From: Octopus vulgaris
Lineage: Eukaryota
DNA: 64,000 nt
NCBI GenBank assembly: GCA_951406725.2
Contig: OX597825.1
Coordinates: 15,810,001-15,874,000 of the forward strand
Direction of reading: 5' to 3'
Below the pieces are notes generated by a model. The model ran no database searches. It saw nothing but the letters and a program-made list of their open reading frames with translations, and was not told the DNA's origin. A program made the position numbers and the translations under genes. Each line of letters opens with the position of its first letter. Within the stretch, counting starts at the first letter, position 1. Positions 1-13,808 of the stretch are shown piece after piece.

Positions 1-119
1 TAACGGGTGGAGAGCTGAACCATCCTGGGCTACAGAGGATTCGCAATCTAGACTAGGGTCTGAAAGTTTACCACACCATAGTGGGTTACACCATGGTTCT
101 TCTGCTTTGTGGCCGAAGT

Positions 120-308
120 AGGAAGAAAGAGTGAGAGAAAGTTGTGGTGAAAGAGTACAGCGAGATTCACCACCACCGCCACCGGAGCCTCTTGAAGCTT
201 AGGTGTTTTTGCTCAATAAACACTCACAATGCCCGGTCTGGGAATCGAAACAGCGTTCTTACGACCGCGAGTCCGCTGCCCTAACCACTGGGCCATTGCG
301 CCTCCACG
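120..308 (-). mobile_element. tRNA-derived SINE (family C), 5' part
   Basis: Reverse complement reads GTGGAGGCGCAATGGCCCAGTGGTTAGGGCAGCGGACTCGCGG...TTTCGATTCCC (pol III A/B boxes). Same family as 14155-14545 and 55431-55725. Confidence 0.85.
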
Positions 309-670
309 GTTGTTGTTGTTGTTGCTGCTTAGACCCAGATCTGCCGTAAATAAACAGATCTAAGGCGTTCGAGGCATGACCATCTTCACCAAGAGCTACG
401 TTGACCAATGTGTTCCTTCATTTTTTTTTCCTAAGACGGCGTAAGAGTGAGTGATTTAAAGGAATTAGGTTGCTATTTCTAATCGGCCGATTGACCCTAA
501 AGCGTTTCCGTTGTTTAGTAATTACAGGCGTTGTTGCGTAGCCCAAGGTAAACCATGATCCAGTCGACCTGTGATCCCTTGCACTCTGACCCCTAATCCA
601 GTAACCAGTCATTGTATGTCCAAGGTCTACATTACCCAGCATGCCGTGTTTCCTGACGGCTGTGTGTAGT

Positions 671-990
671 TTAACCCATTGGCATTTAAACCGGCAAAAT
701 CCGGATGAAAGATATTCTCCCTGCTTTATATCAAAATTGGCCAGGTCCTGCCTTTCACACCTACCCTACAATGTCAGTGTAAAGAAAATTTGAAAAATTT
801 GAAGTTGCAAGACATAAGAATGTGTACACGTATTTTGTATGAATGTATACATACATCCAAATCATACATACGTGTGAATAGCTATCCACAGCCCCTTCAG
901 ATACTCCTCACATACGTGCACACAACCACACACACACACACATACACCCAAAATCCGTACACACTTGTCCCACTGTACTTCTTCTCTCCT

Positions 991-1026
<36 letters not shown>

Positions 1027-1103
1027 ATTGTATGCTTAATTAAAAACAATGTGACTAAATAAACATTGCATTTGACAGAGTAATCTGAACGCTAAAAAGT
1101 TAA
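671..1103. mobile_element. TTAA-flanked MITE (piggyBac-like termini), interrupted by (CA)n/(CT)n
   Basis: Ends TTAACCCATTGGCATT ... GCTAAAAAGTTAA. Internal CACCTACCCTACAATGTCA matches the reverse complement of 52834-53066. Confidence 0.6.
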
Positions 1104-1744
1104 AGGCTATTTAGCTGCTATTTCTAGTAAATATGCTGACCCCTTTGCGGTTTACATTTGCTTCTTGTTGACGTTATTGACATTGTTGTTCTTTAGTCCT
1201 TTATTTTCACTTTTTTTTTTTCGGCTCCCGATCTCGCGGACCCACATGTCTGTAGAAGCTTTGCTTCAATTTGAACACGGTACTATTTTTTTGTTTTATT
1301 TTTTTTTGTTAGATACCACCTGACCTGATGACGTCATAGAAAAATTATTCAATAAAGTTCTTTGGTCAGACAATAGATGGTGTGACCGCCATCAGCATAG
1401 AAAAAATATCTTCCATCTCCAAATCGTTCAGAGATCAAATTCTGCCGAGGTCAACTATGCTTTTCATCTGTCCAGGGTCGATGAAATACGTACAAATTGA
1501 GCACTAGGAGTCGATATAAGCGACTGTCCCCCTCCTCAAATAATTCATGCCTTGTGCCTGTTATAGAAAGGAAGAGAAACGATTATGAAAAGAATTTCTT
1601 TTCCAGTTACTTCGTCAGACTGTTGTATTTGATGTTCCTCTTGCACACAATAAATTCCGTATGAATATTTGAAACCTTGACTTCGTTTTCATATTTCCAC
1701 TTCATATTCACGCAACTATTTCACCTTTTGTAATGTTCAAACGT

Positions 1745-2372
1745 TGTGAAGGCGCGTGACTTAGCGGTTAAGGTGTTGTTGCAAGGATATCGACGTAAGA
1801 TCGTGAAGTGGTGCGTTGTGCCTTTAACCAAAACGCTTTATTTTCTACATTACTCCAGGTTTTTGTTTGTTCCTTCTGGAGCCACGCCTGGCTCATAAGG
1901 GCCGGTTTCCCGGTTTCCTTGGCATATAGGTTCTCCACCTGGACGGGACGCCAGTCCGTCGCAGGTGAGCTACAAGATGCAGGAGGAAAGAGTGAGAGAA
2001 AGTTGTGGCGAAAGAGTCAGCAGAAGTTCGCCATTACCTTCTGCCGGAGCCGCGTGGAGCTTAGGTGTTTCGCTCATAAACACACACACCGCCCGGTCTG
2101 AGATTCAAACCCGCGATTCCTCGACCGCGAGTCCACTGCTCTAACCACTAGGCCATGTGCCTCCACATTGCTCCAGTCCACTTAGCTGAAAAAAAAATTG
2201 AGTTGTATCTCTATTTCAAAGGGCCAGCTTTGTCACATTGTTGTCACACTGAATCTCCTAAAGAACTACATTAAGGGTCATGCATATCTGTGGAGTACTC
2301 AGCCACTTGCAGGTTAATTTCCCGAGCAGGTTGTTCTGTTGATTGGATCAACTGGAACCCTCATCGTCGTAA
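1745..2372. mobile_element. Nested SINEs: minus-strand family C copy (about 1873-2168) inside a plus-strand SINE
   Basis: ACATT(A/G)CTCCAG occurs on both sides of the inner copy (about 1847-1858 and 2166-2177). The outer element resumes with the shared tail ...GGAACCCTCATCGTCGTAAC. Confidence 0.7.
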
Positions 2373-2634
<262 letters not shown>

Positions 2635-3282
2635 TTACAGGCTTCCACACAGTTTCCGCATGCCAGATTCATTCACAAAGCTACAGTAGAAGACACTTGC
2701 CCAAATTGCTGCGCAATGAGACAGAACCCGAAACCAATACGGTTGTCAAAACGAAAAAAAAACCACACCGTACACGTGAATATTTTGGACAATCTACAAC
2801 TACGAATGGGGAACATTTTTTTTTTTACTATCCCTGAGCAGATATAAAATTATCACTTGGCGTGGATATTGTTATCAACGCTATGAAGGCGCATGCTCGT
2901 AAATTTTTGCAGTGATTGCATTTGTTGCCACAACAACAAAAAGACATTACGCAAAAAAAAAAAAAGTACGGTTATTGTAGCCATTTTTCTAGCTGGCTTT
3001 TTCCACGTTATGTTTTTTTGCGTCTGCTGTTTGCACGAACATCGATTTTTTTTAACAAATTTCTCTTCGAAATATTTTATCAGTGTATATCTACTACTAT
3101 CTCCCAATCATTGAGTTGTTTTTTTGTTTTTTTTTTTCACTTGCTTATTATTTGTCTCCTTATCTACCGAAACTATCTCCTTATCTAGCATATTTCAATT
3201 CTATCATTTCTTTATCTGTCTTAGACACACACCAAACAACTTCAACAAACGCTCAAAGAATAGCGAAGTATTATGCAAACTA

Positions 3283-3587
3283 TATACACACGCACACACA
3301 CACACACGCACACACACACGCACACGCACATATACATACACACACACGCCTTTTATATACATACATTTATATATACATACACATACGTATATATGTATAT
3401 ATACATATATATATATATACACTTATAAGTACATATGAATATATATATATATTATTTATGTATATATATACACACTTATAAGTACATATATATATACACA
3501 CACACGTACATGTATACATATAATGTGTGTGTGTGTTCCGTTTTATATACATATATTCATATATACATACACATACGTATATATGTA

Positions 3588-3638
<51 letters not shown>

Positions 3639-3760
3639 TTATAAGTTCATATAAATATATATATATACACACACACATACTATACATATAACATGTGTGT
3701 GTGTGAGTGGGTGTTGCGTATGTGTGTATGTGTGTGTGTATACATGTTTGTGTGTGTGAT
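3283..3760. repeat. Complex (CA)n/(TA)n microsatellite with internally duplicated blocks
   Basis: CACTTATAAGT and CATACACATACGTATATATGTATAT recur within the block. Confidence 0.9.
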
Positions 3761-4193
3761 GCAACGTGAAATAGTGAAAATACAATACAGTAAGAATACT
3801 GTACGATGGATAAGATGTTAGTTTAAAATTTAAATGAAAACCAAAAAAAAAATACCATTGACGTTTCGGGCACTTTTCACAAGGAGGCAGACAATATATT
3901 ATAATGAAATTCTTCATAGAACTAAATTATTCGCAACGGAAGCTTTAGTTATATCAACACAGAGACACAGCGCAGTAGTTATCTCTTAAGCAATTTTCAG
4001 TCCGGCGATGATGATTTTATCACTTACAACATTATTCCTATGATCAAATGCTGCCTACCACAAAACGTGACACCAAATAACCTCCATAATCTTTTCGTTC
4101 AGAAGACAAAGCTGACGAAGCTTGCAAGGTCTCAACATATAAGTCGACTAAAGGACGACTTCGTTTACAACTAAACATAAAATATTAACAAAT

Positions 4194-4358
4194 AGGCGCA
4201 GGAGTGGCTGTGTGGTAAGTAGCTTGCTTAACCAACCACATGGTTACAGGTTCAGTCCCACTGCGTGGCACCTTGGGCAAGTGTCTTTTACTATAGCCTC
4301 GGGCCGACCAAAGTCTTGTGAGTGGATTTGGTAGACGGAAACTGAAAGAAGCCCGTCG

Positions 4359-4427
<69 letters not shown>

Positions 4428-4990
4428 AAAACTTCTTACATTAGTACATGTCTTGATTATATCATATATGTGTATATATATATATATATGTTTGTATGTC
4501 TGTGTTTGTTTACATCTCCGTAACTTACCGGTTCGGCAAAAGAGACCGATAGAATAAATACTAGAATAAGTTCTGGGGTCGATTTGTTTCGACTAAAGGC
4601 GGTGCTCCAGCATAGCCGCAGCCAAATAACTGAAACAAATAAAAAATAAAATAAATAAATACGAAAACTGGTAAGAAGCTTGTTTTCCAAACCACATGGT
4701 TCCGGGTTCAGTCCCACTGCGTGGCACTTTGAGCAAAAGTCTTCTAGTATAGCCTCGGGACGATTAAAGCCTTGTGAGTGGATTTGGTGGATGGAAACTG
4801 AAAGAAGCCCGTCGTATTTGTGTGTGTGAGTGTGTGTGCCTTCTTTTGCGTCTGTGTTTGCTCCATCATCACTTGACGACCGGTGTTGGTGTGTTTACGT
4901 CCCTGTATTCTAGCGGTTCAGCAAAAAAGACCGATAGAATAAGTACTAGGCTTAAAAATAAGTCCTGGGGTCAGATAGTTCGATTAAAAA
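4194..4990 (+). mobile_element. Two tandem tRNA-derived SINEs (family A, internal (TA)n(TG)n)
   Basis: Head AGGCGCAGGAGTGGCTGTGTGGTAAG...GGTTCAGTCCC, body GGAAACTGAAAGAAGCCCGTCG, tail GGTGCTCCAGCAT...CTGAAACAA. Confidence 0.9.
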
Positions 4991-4999
4991 TTAATTGCC

Positions 5000-5476
5000 G
5001 TATGTAATACATTTAATCTCTCTACAATTTCTCGTACAAGTTATATGACAATCAGATTCAATTATGGCTTTGATTCGGTCATCATCAACTTCAGTAGGTG
5101 GACCAGAACGTTGGTCATCTTTGAGTGAAAAATCTCCAGAACGGAATTGTTTGAGCCATTTCTGACATGTCGTGCTGATAAACAGTCAACACTCTAAACT
5201 TCACATATCTTTTTGTGAACGTCAACAGCTTTCTTGCCTTTACGGAAATAAAATAGCAAAATATGGTGAAATTTTTGTTTTTGCGCTCCATGTTAAAATT
5301 GACACTAAACTAACAGTTGTAAACGAAATTACATGCAATTTGCTTATAAAGTAAAGTAAAAGTAACGGCTATCAAATGTCAAAAGGAAAAGTTCATAACA
5401 TTGACAAAAGTCATTTTTAAAAATCGTAACTCTATCTATTTGCGAAAAACGAAATTGCTTTCTTGCCAACACAATA
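5000..5476 (-). mobile_element. Mariner transposon 5' remnant (TIR plus HTH region)
   Basis: Minus strand translates CQKWLKQFRSGDFSLKDDQRSGPPTEVDDDRIKAII (mariner N-terminal motif WF..F..G..SL.D..RSGRP). TIR-like TATTGTGTTGGCAAGAAAG at the right end. Confidence 0.85.
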
Positions 5477-5481
5477 TATAT

Positions 5482-5574
<93 letters not shown>

Positions 5575-5576
<2 letters not shown>

Positions 5577-6620
5577 TCCCTTTCCTCCTTCAAACGAGTC
5601 CATAACCTGCGTCACCTCCTGGTCCACAGTTTCTTCCCTACCCTGGATCCTTCCCTTGCTCCCGCCCACGCTGTCGTACCTGCCCGTACCTCTCCAACAC
5701 CACCATCCTCACAGGCACCCATCACCGTCCCTATTACATCGCCGTTTCCTTTACCTGCACTTCTAGTAATGTCATTTACTGCATCTCCTGCTCTCTGTCC
5801 TTCCCTGTATATTGGTCAAGCGGGACGTCGCTTAGCTAACAGGTTCGCGGAGCACCTCCGGCACATCAGACTCGGCAATGATACACTGCCCTGGTCGCGC
5901 GCCATTTCTGCTCTACCGGTCATTTGCTACATCTGTCTGTGTTCGGAATGTCTGTGTACAGGGGCCACCCGGACTCCTGCCTTCGCCGTGAACAAGAATT
6001 TATCTTCTCTCTTCGTTCCTCTGCGTTACAGGGGCTCGACTCACCTCCTCTCTTCATCTGACACCAAACTTCGCCTTCTCTCTTCATTTGACACCAATCT
6101 CACACAGATTCCCACTCACCACCACCCCACACACACACCCTCCACCTACACACCACACCTACATACCGCCCACCTCAGTACCCTCACCCACACGCACCAC
6201 TATACATACCCATACACACTGTTCAACTCATCACTCACTTCACACACCATTACACACACCCACAACACATTTCCACTCCACACACACTTCTCAGCACCCA
6301 CACAATACCGCATCATCCACACACACACACACACAATCTTCAATAACATCACCACACATACCACTATATGAATAGCCACACACACACTGTTTAACTAAGT
6401 ACACATACCATACACCATCATGAACAATCTCACACCCACACAAGCACATAATACCTGAACACAGACAATATATACATATACACACATACATACACACGCA
6501 ACACGCAAAGACAAAGTTAACTTTCGCCCACATACATACACTATACACATGCACACCAATTGGTCACATTGACACACATACATACACACGTACACATGTG
6601 CACTCACCACGTGAGAAAAC
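5575..6620 (+). mobile_element. Penelope-like element 3' fragment (GIY-YIG endonuclease) with CA-rich tail
   Basis: Frameshifted FTCTSSNVIYCISCSLCPSLYIGQAGRRLANRFAEHLRHIR matches the PLE pattern NVIY..C..C...YIG.T.R.L..R..EH. Confidence 0.88.
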
Positions 6621-6640
6621 GCACATCAACTGCTACACAC

Positions 6641-6751
6641 AATTTTTGAACGGCAAATTTTGAGCGACAAATTTTGAGCAACAAATTTTGAGCGACAATT
6701 TTTGAGCGGCAAATTTTGAGCGACAAATTTTGATCAACAGCTTTTGAGCGA
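6641..6751. repeat. 14-bp minisatellite (AAATTTTGAGCGAC), about 7-8 units
   Basis: Direct reading of the sequence. Confidence 0.9.
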
Positions 6752-6818
6752 AGGGGACAAGTCGATTACTTGATTGGTACTATATTTTATCGACCCCGAA
6801 AGGGTGGAAGCAAAGTTA

Positions 6819-6876
6819 AACTCAGAGCAATTTGAACTCAGAGCAATTTGAACTCAGAGCAGTTTGAACTCAGAGC
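6819..6876. repeat. 16-bp tandem repeat (AACTCAGAGCAATTTG), about 3.5 units, inside a minus-strand family B SINE
   Basis: Direct reading. The unit is the B-box region of the SINE. Confidence 0.85.
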
Positions 6877-7647
6877 GTAAAGAACCAGTAGAAAATTCGC
6901 CATTTTATCCGCTGTGCTAACGATTCAGCGAGCCCGCCGCATTAAGTATATATGATTTTTGTCTCTACGTGTGATCAGTTTGAAACCAAGCTCCGTGCTA
7001 AATACATTGCCTCCTACACGTAGCACGTATTAAGATATATAAGCAGCAGACAATAAGTTGTGATGGTGTAGACGTGGAGAAGGTGAAGAAGTGTGTATAA
7101 TGATGAATGTCGAGGCAGAAAGTTCACATTTAACACTGGAGGTTAAAGTATCTTTTCAGTATGAATGAAAACTAGATTATTTTGTGAAAGCAACCGTCAT
7201 GTTGACAAGCTGGAGAGGATGTAAAAACGAAGAAGTGTCAGATTGTGAATTGGTGAGGCCGTGGATATTTGTGAATTGATAGAAAGAATAGAGGAGAGAG
7301 GTGGAGAGTAAGAGAGAATGTTGGAGAAATTGATAACGAAAAGGAACAAAAAAGAATTTGCGTTTGAGAATAAAACGAGAAAAAAATTTATGTAAGAGAC
7401 TGTGTATTAGAGAGAGAAAAGGCAAATGTTATATATGTGCGTATGTGTTTGATTGTAGGTGTTTATGAATATCTGTGTGTGTGTATGTGTGTGTGTGTTT
7501 GTATATATAAAAGTGTGTGTGTGTGTGTGTACATATATACATATACATACACATAGATAAATGTGTGTGTGACAGAGACAGGGAGAGAGAGAAACAGAAG
7601 GAGAAAGAGGGATCCATTAAGGTATGAAAGAAAGGAAACTTATGTAT

Positions 7648-7832
7648 GTGAGTGAATGAGTGAGTGAGTGAACGAGTGAGTGAATGAATGAGTGAGTGAG
7701 TGAGTGAGTGAGTGAGTGAGTGAATGAGTGAGTGAGTGAGTGAGTGAGTGAGTGAGTGAGTGAGAGAGTGAGTGAGTGAGTGAGTGAGTGAGTGAGTGAG
7801 TGAGTGAGTGAGTGAGTGAATGAGTGAGTGAG
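7648..7832. repeat. (GAGT)n microsatellite
   Basis: Direct reading of the sequence. Confidence 0.97.
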
Positions 7833-8297
7833 CTGAAAAGAGACAGAATATGAAAGAGATATCTGTAAGTGCTAGAGAAGAAAGTATGTATGTAAAATAA
7901 AAAGTGGGGTGAGAAGAAAAAGTGAAAAAAAAAAAACCAATGCGTGTGAATAGAATGAGAAAGAAGAATGAAAGAAGAATGAGATTAAATATGAAAGAGA
8001 AGGAAATAGAGGCAAAGAGATAGATAGGATTGATAGAGACGAAAGAAAAAGATGGAGAGGAAGGCTTTATTTGAGAGAGTGAGAGAAAGAATTTGGTTGA
8101 TGGAAGCAGAAAGTATAGAAGAACGTGTAGGGCACCGGAATGACTGGGTGATTAAGAAGCGGGCTTTGCAATCAGGAAGGTTCGAGTTCAGTTCCACTGC
8201 ACGGCAGCTTCGGCAATATGTCTTCCACTCTGCAACTCCGAGCTGACCAATGGTTTGTGAATGGGGATATGGTTGATGGAAACTGTAGAAGCCCTTC

Positions 8298-8380
<83 letters not shown>

Positions 8381-8394
8381 AATATATATATATA

Positions 8395-9042
8395 TATTTC
8401 AACAATTCAGGGTAAAATTAATTAATTATTAATCAATTTCACCAAGTATTCAGTATGCAAAGGGACCATTTAAGGCGAATTCAAATTATTACATTATATA
8501 AAAGGGCTTAGTAAAATAAATTACTTTGCCACATACTGAACTCATTAGAAATAGTAGCTAAAAAAACTTTTTTTAAACTATTTTCAATTGTTGAAATTAT
8601 AATTCATCTCTCTCTATTTAATGCTTCGGATTTTACCGAAAAAGCATAGTGTTTACCGATTTTAACCCACGCTGGTGGAAAGGGGAGAACAGAAATTCTT
8701 CGCTTGCATATTTTGAGTTTGCTGGCACTGTTAGTTTCGAGCAGATCTTCAGAAGCGATAAGAAGCCGAAAGGGTATGCTCCCACTTTCAGTGTTTTCAA
8801 ATCCAAACCAAGGAGTTCTGAGCTGATGATAGAAATGTCGAGTTGACTAATCTAGAAACGTACGTTCTCAAATAACCTTTGCATTTGATTTTTTAATGTC
8901 TTTACCCCCATACTTTCGTGAGTTGAATCGAGCAAACACTATATGAGAGAGATTTTCTTTAAGTATTAGAAATAGTTTTAAAAAAGTTTTTTTAGCTACT
9001 ATTTCTAATGAGTTCAGTATGTGGCAAAGTAATTTATTTTAC

Positions 9043-9046
<4 letters not shown>
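8395..9046. mobile_element. Inverted-repeat element embedded in (TA)n, possibly Penelope-derived
   Basis: About 75-bp inverted arms at 8510-8585 and 8969-9043 (AGTAAAATAAATTACTTTGCCACATACTGAACTCATTAGAAATAGTAGCTAAAAAAAC and its reverse complement). (TA)n on both sides. Confidence 0.55.
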
Positions 9047-9096
<50 letters not shown>

Positions 9097-9130
9097 ATAT
9101 ATATATGTATATGTATGTATATGTATGTAT

Positions 9131-9210
<80 letters not shown>

Positions 9211-9449
9211 CGCAGATTTCAACACGAAGAGTTGGGGCTCTCTATCATGGTAACGCGTGTTGAGGAAGGTGAGGTTATTATGCCAGTCCAGAAACCGGTC
9301 CACGGGAGTCCAAATACTTGAACATATGCTGAGAGATTGTCTTGGCCCGTTTGCCTTCTGGCGGTTGAGTTCTGTAGTTACTATCAGTGTATTTTGGCGA
9401 TTTAAATAAGAATTATGACTGTTATTTCCAGCAGTATGTCCTTTGATTA

Positions 9450-9515
<66 letters not shown>

Positions 9516-9518
<3 letters not shown>

Positions 9519-9726
9519 TCTTTTACTCTTTTACTTGTTTCAGTCATTTGACTGTGGCCATGCTGGAGCACCACCTTTAGTCGAGCGAATCGATCCCAGG
9601 TCTTATTCTTTGTAAGCCTAGTACTTATTCTATCGGTCTGTTTTGCCGAACCGCTAAGTTACGGGGACGTAAACACACCAGCATCGGTTGTCAAGCGATG
9701 TTGGGGGGACAAATACAGACACACAA

Positions 9727-9822
<96 letters not shown>

Positions 9823-9992
9823 ATATATACGAAGGGCTTCTTTCAGTTTCCATCTACCAAATCCACTCACAAGGCTTTGGTCGGCCCGAGGCTATAGTAG
9901 AAGACACTTGCCCAAGGTGCCAAGAAGACACTTGCCCAGTGGGACTGAACCCGGAACCATGTGGTTAGTAAGCAAGCTACTTACCACACAGC
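9516..9992 (-). mobile_element. Family A SINE, followed by (TACA)n at 9993-10193
   Basis: Reverse complement of the family A consensus, with its TACTCTTT tail. Confidence 0.9.
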
Positions 9993-10694
9993 TACATACA
10001 TACATACATACATACATACATACATACATACATACATACATACATACATACATACATACATACATGCATACATGCAAACATGCATACATACATACATACA
10101 TACATACATACATACATACATACATACATGCATACATACATACATACATACATACATACATACATACATACATACATACATACATACATACATAAAGGCG
10201 CAAGCACTGCTTGAAATAAGAGTCAAAATACCATTTAGTCACGAGCAAGCATTTATCTAATGACTGACAAGGGAGGCAAATTCCCTACAGCAAGCGAGAG
10301 ATTAATCTTCATCAATGGCATTTACTCCGTTGCCGAGGGTTAAACCGAACTTGCCTTGTCAGTTTATAAAAAATACCATTGGAATTTGTGACTGATTCCA
10401 TAAAAAGATAAAGTGAAAATTATAAATTATTCAGAAGGCTAGTCGCAATTTAGAAACCAAAAAGCACAAAGTACAACCGTCACTAAAGTGACTGAGTGTG
10501 CTAGTCAGTACCAGTATTACATTATTACTGGTATTTATTTTATCGACCTCGAAAAAAATGAAAAGCAAAGACGGCCATGACGGAATTTGAACTCAGGAAG
10601 GACGTAAGGGGTCGCATGAAATACTGCTATGCTTCATTCTGTTTCCACCGACGGGCAGACGACTCCGACACCTCGCGAAAATATAAATAATATA

Positions 10695-10928
10695 TATTTC
10701 TTTACTACCCACAAGGGGCTACACATAGAGGGGACAAACAAGGACAGACAAAGTGATTAAGTCGATTACATCGACCCCAGTGCGTAACTGGTACTTAATT
10801 TATCGACCCCGAAAGGATGAAAGGCAAAGTCGACCTCGGCGGAATTTGAACCCAGAACACTTAACGGCAGACGAAATACGGCTACGCATTTCGCCCGACG
10901 TGCTAACGTTTCTGCCAGCTCGCCACCC
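10695..10928 (-). mobile_element. Family B SINE
   Basis: Reverse complement of GGCGAGCTGGCAGAAACGTTAGCACG...GACTTTGCCTTTCATCCTTTCGGGGTCGATAAATTAAGTACC. Flanking duplication AAATATAAATAATATAT (about 10679-10695 and 10929-10945). Confidence 0.9.
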
Positions 10929-11527
10929 AAATATAAATAATATATCTTTTGCTGACTAAGATTGTTGTTCGTCTATTTTGGCAGCGAGCTTTCTAAGTGC
11001 TAAGTGGGGGGTTTTTTACGTCATTTTACAGTCTCCATCGTGTATTTTAATTAATCAGCGAATGTTGGAAATGTGTTGCACGTAGTTTCTGATAAAATTT
11101 TTTTTTTTTTTTTTTACTCGCTCCAGTGTATGCATAATGTGTTTACATTTTCCAGTGTAAAGATGTGTTGTGCACGATGCTCTTTCGTGGTACTGATAAG
11201 AGAGGTGATGATGGAATTAACAGGCTTTGCTCGTGTCAAACGGAACGACATTATTTTCGTAGAAGTTCAAAAGAGGAAGACATCCCTTGAGAGCGACGTA
11301 AATGCTTCCAGTAGATTCGACTTTACGGAGGCGTACTGATTGTCACCATTCTGAGAATTCAGCTTACAAACTTAAAAGATGTATTCAACTGCTTTTATCA
11401 CTTTTGGTAGGTTGGAAGCGAGTGCGATTGGCAGATTGATCTTTTCCCAGAATATGTGACCTTATATTCAAAGTTAGAATATACTATTATTAACATTTTT
11501 TGTAAGGTGTTAAGGTGTAGGTGTTAA

Positions 11528-13280
11528 GGCGGCGAGCTGGCAGAAACGTTAGCACGCCGGGCGAAATGCTTAGCGGTATTTCGTCTGCCGTTACGTTCTG
11601 GGTTCAAATTCCGCCGAGGTCGACTTTGCCTTTCATCCTTTCGGGGTCGATGAATTAAGTACATGTTACGCACTGGGGTCGATATAATCGACTTAATACC
11701 TATGTCTGTCCTTGTTTGTCCTCTCTATGTTTAACCCCTTGTGGGTAATAAAGAAATAGGTATTTCGTCTGCCGTTACGTTCTGGTTTCAAATTCCGCCG
11801 AGGTCGATTTGCCTTTCATCCTTTCGGGGTCGATAAATTAAGTACCAGTTACGCACTGGGGTCGATATAATCGACTTGATCTTTTTGACAGTCCTTGTTT
11901 GTCCTCTCTGTGTTTATCCCCTTGTAAGTAGTAAAAAAAAAATGGTTAAGGTGTAGATATCTGTGTACGTGGAAGCGCAATGGCACAGTGGTTAGGACAG
12001 CGGACTCACAGTCGGAGGATCACGGTTTCGATTCCCAGACCGGGCGTTGTGTGTGTTTATTGAGCGAAAACATCTAAAGCTCCACAAGGCTCCGGCAGGG
12101 AGTGCTGGCGACCCCTGTTGTACTCTTTCGCCACAACTTTCTCTCACTCTCTCTTCCTGTTTCTTGAGTAACGCTGCGATGGACTGGCGTCCCGTCCTGC
12201 AGGGGTAAAACATATACGCCACGGAAACCGGGCCGATGAGCCTGGCTAGGCTTGAAAAGGGCACATAAAAAAATAATAAAGGTGTTAAGGTGGCGGGAGG
12301 CAGAATCGTTAGCCAGCCGGGCAACATACTTAGCGGCATTTCGTCCCTCTTTACGTTCTGAGTTCAAATTCCACCGAGATCAACTTTACCTTTTATTCTT
12401 TCAGGATCGATAAAATAATTACCTGTTGAACACTAGAGTCGATATAATCGACTAACCCCTCCCACCGAACTTATTGGCCTTGCGCCAAAATTAGAAACCA
12501 ATATTTCTCCTAGGGCGCCGAGCTGGCAGAATCGTTAGCACGCCGGGCGAAATGCTTAGCGGTATTTCGTCTGCATTACGTTGTGAGTTCGAATTCCGCC
12601 GAGGTCGACTTTGCCTTTCATCCTTTCGGGGTCGATAAATTAAGTATCAGTTACGCACTGGGGTCGATGTAATCGACTTAATACCTATGTCTGTCCTTGT
12701 TTGTCCCCTCTGTGTTTAGCCCCTTGTGGGTAATATAGAAATAGGTATTTCGTCAGCCGCTACGTTCTGAGTTCAAATTCCGCCGAGGTCAACTTTGCCT
12801 TTCATCCTTTCGGGGTCGATAAAAATTAAGTACCAGTTACGCACTGGGGTCGATGTAATCGACTTAATCCGTTTGTCAGTCCTTGTTTGTCTCCTCTGTA
12901 TTTAGCCCCTTGTGAGTAGTAAATAAACAGGTATTTCGTTTGCCGCTACACTCTGGGTTCAAATTCTGCCGAGGTCGACTTTGCCTTTCATCCTTTCGGG
13001 GTCGATTAAATAAATACCAGTTACACACTGGGGTCGATATAATCGACTTAATTCGTTTGTCTGTCCTTGTTTGTCCCGTCTGTGTTTAGCCCCTTGTGGG
13101 TAGTAAAAGAAATAGGTATTTCGTCTGTCTTTACGTTCTGAGTTCAAATTCCACTGAGGTCGACTTTGCCTTTCATCCTTTCGGGACCGATAAAATAAGT
13201 ACCAGTTGTATACTTGCTCGATGTAATCGACTTAGATCTTTCCCCGAAATTGCTGGCTTTGTGCCAATATTTGAAACTAA
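11528..13280 (+). mobile_element. SINE cluster: family B dimer (11528-11935), family C (11968-12275), family B (12290-12500), family B tetramer (12514-13280)
   Basis: Repeated ~185-bp units joined at AAGAAATAGGTATTTCGTC. Confidence 0.92.
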
Positions 13281-13383
13281 TATTTTTGCTTGCAGTCTAG
13301 AGTCGACCGAAAAATATCATTTCCAAGACTTTCTTTGCACTTTAGAACAGAGCAGTGGGTAGCGATTTTCTTCACTACTACAG

Positions 13384-13700
13384 GGAGTGACGACCCTGCC
13401 TGACACGAGTCTCGGGCTCAGCTGGCTCGGGCTGACAGTACCCGGTATGGGCCCCTATCCAGGGTTACGGAAATGAGACAACCTTCAAAGAAATCCGGAG
13501 TGGAACCCCGAAGGTGGTTTAGTGTTCGACTCGACACTTTTCCGGCAGCTCCTGCAACCAAGCTGGTGCCAAACGCAATGCTCTGCACTCCTTTGGACTA
13601 CGTCAGCAAGGTCGAGAGAGGAATCCTGACGATTGGGCTACCCGGAATTTTTTTATATGTAACCCAGACCTGCGCAAAACTAGAGCGGAAACTGGAGTGG
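13384..13700 (+). mobile_element. RTE-type LINE 5' UTR fragment
   Basis: TCCGGCAGCTCCTGCAACCAAGCTGGTGCCAAACG...TCCTTTGGAC...GGTCGAGAG resembles RTE 5' UTRs (recognised from memory). Confidence 0.55.
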
Positions 13701-13808
13701 ACATGAAATGTAAAAAAAGACTGGATTCGTTTATTCGCAACTCCATTGTCTCCCGAGACAAAAGGATGCCAACAAGATCAGAGTAACTAACTCTGGACAG
13801 AACTCTTC

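Noticed and set aside
3852-3925. Minus-strand GCCCGAAACGTC hammerhead-like half (similar partial motifs near 25850 and 62200)
   Set aside because: No properly placed CUGANGA box or stems.
5463-6371. 302-aa ORF
   Set aside because: A frameshifted Penelope fragment joined to microsatellites, not an intact gene.
11170-11330. Possible mariner remnant (KFKRGR.SLESD); also Tc1-like KVLWSD near 1355-1372
   Set aside because: Too short and degraded to annotate with confidence.
12514-13280. CRISPR-like or regularly spaced repeat arrays, including the GCCGGTGGCACGTAAAAAGCACC repeats elsewhere
   Set aside because: Eukaryotic SINE multimers and RTE 3' UTR repeats. There are no unique spacers and no cas genes.
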